64,000 nt of DNA from Dethiobacter alkaliphilus. Lineage in GTDB: Bacteria; Bacillota; Dethiobacteria; DTU022; UBA8154. The notes under the pieces are model-generated. The model searched no databases and had not been told where the DNA came from. It was given only the letters and a program-made list of their open reading frames with translations. The stretch lies in NCBI GenBank assembly GCA_016841605.1, contig JAENYV010000001.1:165553-229552 (forward strand), in the 5' to 3' direction. Shown here piece by piece: positions 63,701 through 64,000 of this stretch. How positions within the stretch are numbered: position 1 is the stretch's first letter; every line of letters begins with the position of its first letter. The position numbers and the translations under genes were made by a program.

Positions 63701-64000
63701 CCCAGACGGAACAGACCTACACGTTCAATGAAACTCAGTATACCGGTCAAGTGGGCAACTACTGGAGCGACTATACCGGTACGGATGCGGATAGTAACGG
63801 CATCGGTGATACGCCATACGGGACATTCACGAACGAGTATGACAACTATCCTTTGATGGGGCAATGGGAGAACGGCGTTATCACTGTGACCGAACCAACG
63901 CCGGTTTATTCAGTTCTTCCCGTAGCCGATGATGCTTATACTATTGGGACAACACCGGAAGGCATCAAAACCATGACCGTAAATGAAGGTAAAACAGGAT
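57784..64000 (+). CDS. Giant cell-surface protein (more than 2070 aa, 3' end outside window): FN3-like, sulfite-oxidase-fold domain, CHB_HEX_C, Ig-like (He_PIG-type), two [ADTSDN/ITFTDD-domain + BspA-type leucine-rich-repeat array] blocks, right-handed beta-helix (NosD/PbH1-like) region
   Basis: ATG about 10 nt after an AAGGAG RBS, then a signal peptide (MQTVKKRWWYRLVPSILSVLMIVCSFGMAAPAAVYA). The SO-like segment has Ser at the Cys position (YSSINTWPTKKWYAGEGVKL). LRR_5 consensus is IPxxVTSIGxxAFxxCSxLTSV. The beta-helix segment is NNQCSENNQGITIE...GNTCSNN. The frame stays open to the window end. Minus-strand ORFs inside are repeat artefacts. Confidence 0.85.
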   Translation, partial: MQTVKKRWWYRLVPSILSVLMIVCSFGMAAPAAVYAVDDIEPPAWPAESELTADVCGSSVTLSWPAATDNVGVVCYEVYKNDGLIDTVTGATQRSCTVSGLDPSVYTFGVQAVDDAGNHSEALTADATVEAVALTVTGDGVETPMTFSMTDLQEMEQYQHLYSSINTWPTKKWYAGEGVKLTDLLASAGIKDEATLITVKATDGYRMTFTRQELVEDPRYYYPGLRENAEYDGSIPGSPEGAQQVETIIALRSAQSNSLANMNTSDALHLLMGQRWVTEQTNNAFVKHTGTIEVSTEAPEKWANPIADPPSGIVPAGTGVIFDPVNINDMDGANFHYTTDGSDPTFESPMYNWIKYRWWFNRPDDLPIINHPINVDKSMTIKAVAIGFGREDSDILTFNYQVPLLIDTGNPANATENEAYAGHTFIAAGGVEPYSFAVTEGTLPAGMELNGAILEGTPTASGTSVFTVTVTDSANPANTGSHEFTMVVDEAGAAPPALTADTSDNKVGQAIDITFTDDAAWRAAVGGIKVNDTDLNGEQYTLGEGNINIIADVFTAAGDYVITVQATGYVDAAVTQTVTVASSDPDDFYVYQGILVAYYGSGGDVIIPDNLDITGIGGSAFSNLTSLTSISIPEGVTSIDNSAFRDCSNLVSAVIPGTITSIGNGIFYDCSSLTSVTIFEGVTGIGEQMFRNCTSLASLTIPNSVTGIGENAFLDCSGLTSLTIPGSVTDIGEGAFRGCSGLTSLSIPGSVTSMGRYAFRDCTSLTSVTISEGVTDIGEDAFNGCSGLTSIAIPGSVTGIGESAFSGCSGLTSVTISEGVISIGEDAFSGCSGLTSVTIPGSVTSIGTSVFNVCTSLTTINVNPSNLNYTGDGGVLFNKLLTVLECYPAGKTGEYIVPDGVEAIGESAFSSCINLGSLVFPDSVTSIGEYAFRNCSGLTAVTIPGSVTSMGRYAFRGCSGLTSLTISEGVTSIGEYAFRDCSGLTAVTIPGTITSFEDDAFQDCTSLTSVTISEGVTSIGSGAFNGCTSLTTVTIPNSVISIQSNAFSGCSSLNSVTIPNSVTIIDTYAFYGCSNLSSFTIPEGVTGIGRATFSGCSSLNYVTIPESVTIIDRDAFKDCVSLTFINIPDNVTSIGRSAFQGCTGFSLVTIPGSVTSIDRDAFSGCSNLTSINIPESVTTIGSNVFSGCSSLTVYGYDGSYAQSYASDNSIPFEVISGAFAPVLTPDTSDNKVGQAIDITFTDDAAWRAAVGGIKVNDTDLNGEQYTLGEGNINIIADVFTAAGDYVITVQATGYTDAVVIQTVTVASSDPDDFVVNEGILSAYQGSGGDVIIPDNLGITGIGEAVFENLISLTSIIIPEGVTTIGASAFRGCSNLGSITIPAGVTSIGIGAIRDCSSLTSVTIPEGVEDIGSYAFRGSNLSSITIPGSVAGIGNSAFRECSNLSSVILSEGVSTMGTYVFSECTSLSSITIPGSVTSIGSRMFNGCSSLTSVTLSEGVEEIGTYVFWNCSSLSSISIPGSVTSIGNSAFGGCTGLISVIIPDSITSLGTSIFSGCSNLTEVTLPDNLTGLPNSLFKDCSSLITVNIPESVTSIGDSVFSGCSSLTSINIPDSVTSILGSAFYNCSSLTSINIPDNITDIAGYLFYNCTSLVSITIPDNVTGIGFYAFKNCTNLSSIIIPSSVSNIANDAFQECSSLTIYGYEGSYAQSYASANSIPFVAIDPVIWYVDDSGSADFTAIQAAVTAADAGDTIIVKDGTYTENVVVDKSLVIQSENGAELTIVRAAASNADVFKVTAENVTIDGFSITGATSMGKSGIAVFGSTSGSCTIINNQCSENNQGITIEALTTDNTVADNICTLSGRYGIYLSNTTGNIITGNTCSNNTASSGFALYLADNADNNTVNDNITDSNNIGIRVKNADSNLLFNNTSSNNNYGLEIATGSLDNVFYLNNFVGNTSSQLSLGYGAVAGNFWNSQTEQTYTFNETQYTGQVGNYWSDYTGTDADSNGIGDTPYGTFTNEYDNYPLMGQWENGVITVTEPTPVYSVLPVADDAYTIGTTPEGIKTMTVNEGKTG
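59285..59620 (+). repeat. Dispersed near-identical duplicate (copy 1) of a roughly 330-bp coding segment; copy 2 at 61458-61800
   Basis: gatactagcgataacaaagtcggacaggccatagatatcacctttaccgacgatgcggcctggcgggcggctgtcggcggaataaaagtcaatgatactg... is identical in both copies for more than 200 bp and then slightly diverged. Confidence 0.85.

Noticed and set aside
1-64000. CRISPR arrays, IS elements, integrase or transposase genes, rRNA
   Set aside because: No short, regularly spaced direct repeats with unique spacers were seen. The tandem repeats present are all in-frame coding repeats of surface proteins. No transposase- or integrase-like ORFs and no rRNA-like sequence were seen.

Overview
This 64-kb window looks like an anaerobic Firmicute (Clostridia-type) chromosome of roughly mid GC. 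It is gene-dense and mostly + strand. In order, it contains:

1. **0.1-6.3 kb:** a Ter/TelA-type stress module (StiP-like PRTase, HAD hydrolase, AIM24-family protein, an internally duplicated YceG-like TerB-N/TerB-C protein, TelA). It ends at a tRNA 3' fragment, a C9T8 homopolymer and a truncated dctM remnant, which probably mark an island or scar boundary.
2. **7.3-14.2 kb:** an AcoR-like sigma-54 activator divergent from a sigma-54 promoter driving hbd, crotonase, an OYE reductase and an aryl/acyl-CoA ligase.
3. **14.4-19.2 kb:** a PHP phosphoesterase and an FbpABC-type ABC importer.
4. **19.8-26 kb:** a class II lanthipeptide locus (LanM plus a Nif11-leader precursor) with no transporter or protease, next to a SAM methyltransferase and a FabF-like ketosynthase with a His-to-Asn active-site change.
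5. **26-31.6 kb:** two histidine kinases and a REC-HD-GYP regulator.
6. **31.6-44.2 kb:** a Mo/W-themed block. It holds a ModE-N/PBP-like (TunR-type) regulator, a FecBCD-type importer, a methyltransferase, a cytoplasmic PBP-like protein, a G3E GTPase, an ABC-ATPase-like protein, tupABC/modABC and an AmmeMemoRadiSam-type radical SAM enzyme.
7. **44.2-64 kb:** an array of paralogous Sec-secreted cell-surface proteins. They are anchored in different ways (SLH, BspA-type LRR, beta-helix, Ig-like, copper-amine-oxidase-like, C-terminal hydrophobic segment). Each carries a divergent sulfite-oxidase/YedY-fold (Oxidored_molyb-like) domain followed by a chitobiase-C-type (CHB_HEX_C) domain. Interleaved are a lipoprotein and an ECF-S-like membrane fusion with the same domain, modD, exbB-exbD and a decayed second exbBD copy. 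The + strand units are driven by three copies of one conserved promoter/leader module.

Block 7 is the most likely previously undescribed system. CDS coordinates follow the supplied ORF track; other coordinates are approximate to within a few bp.
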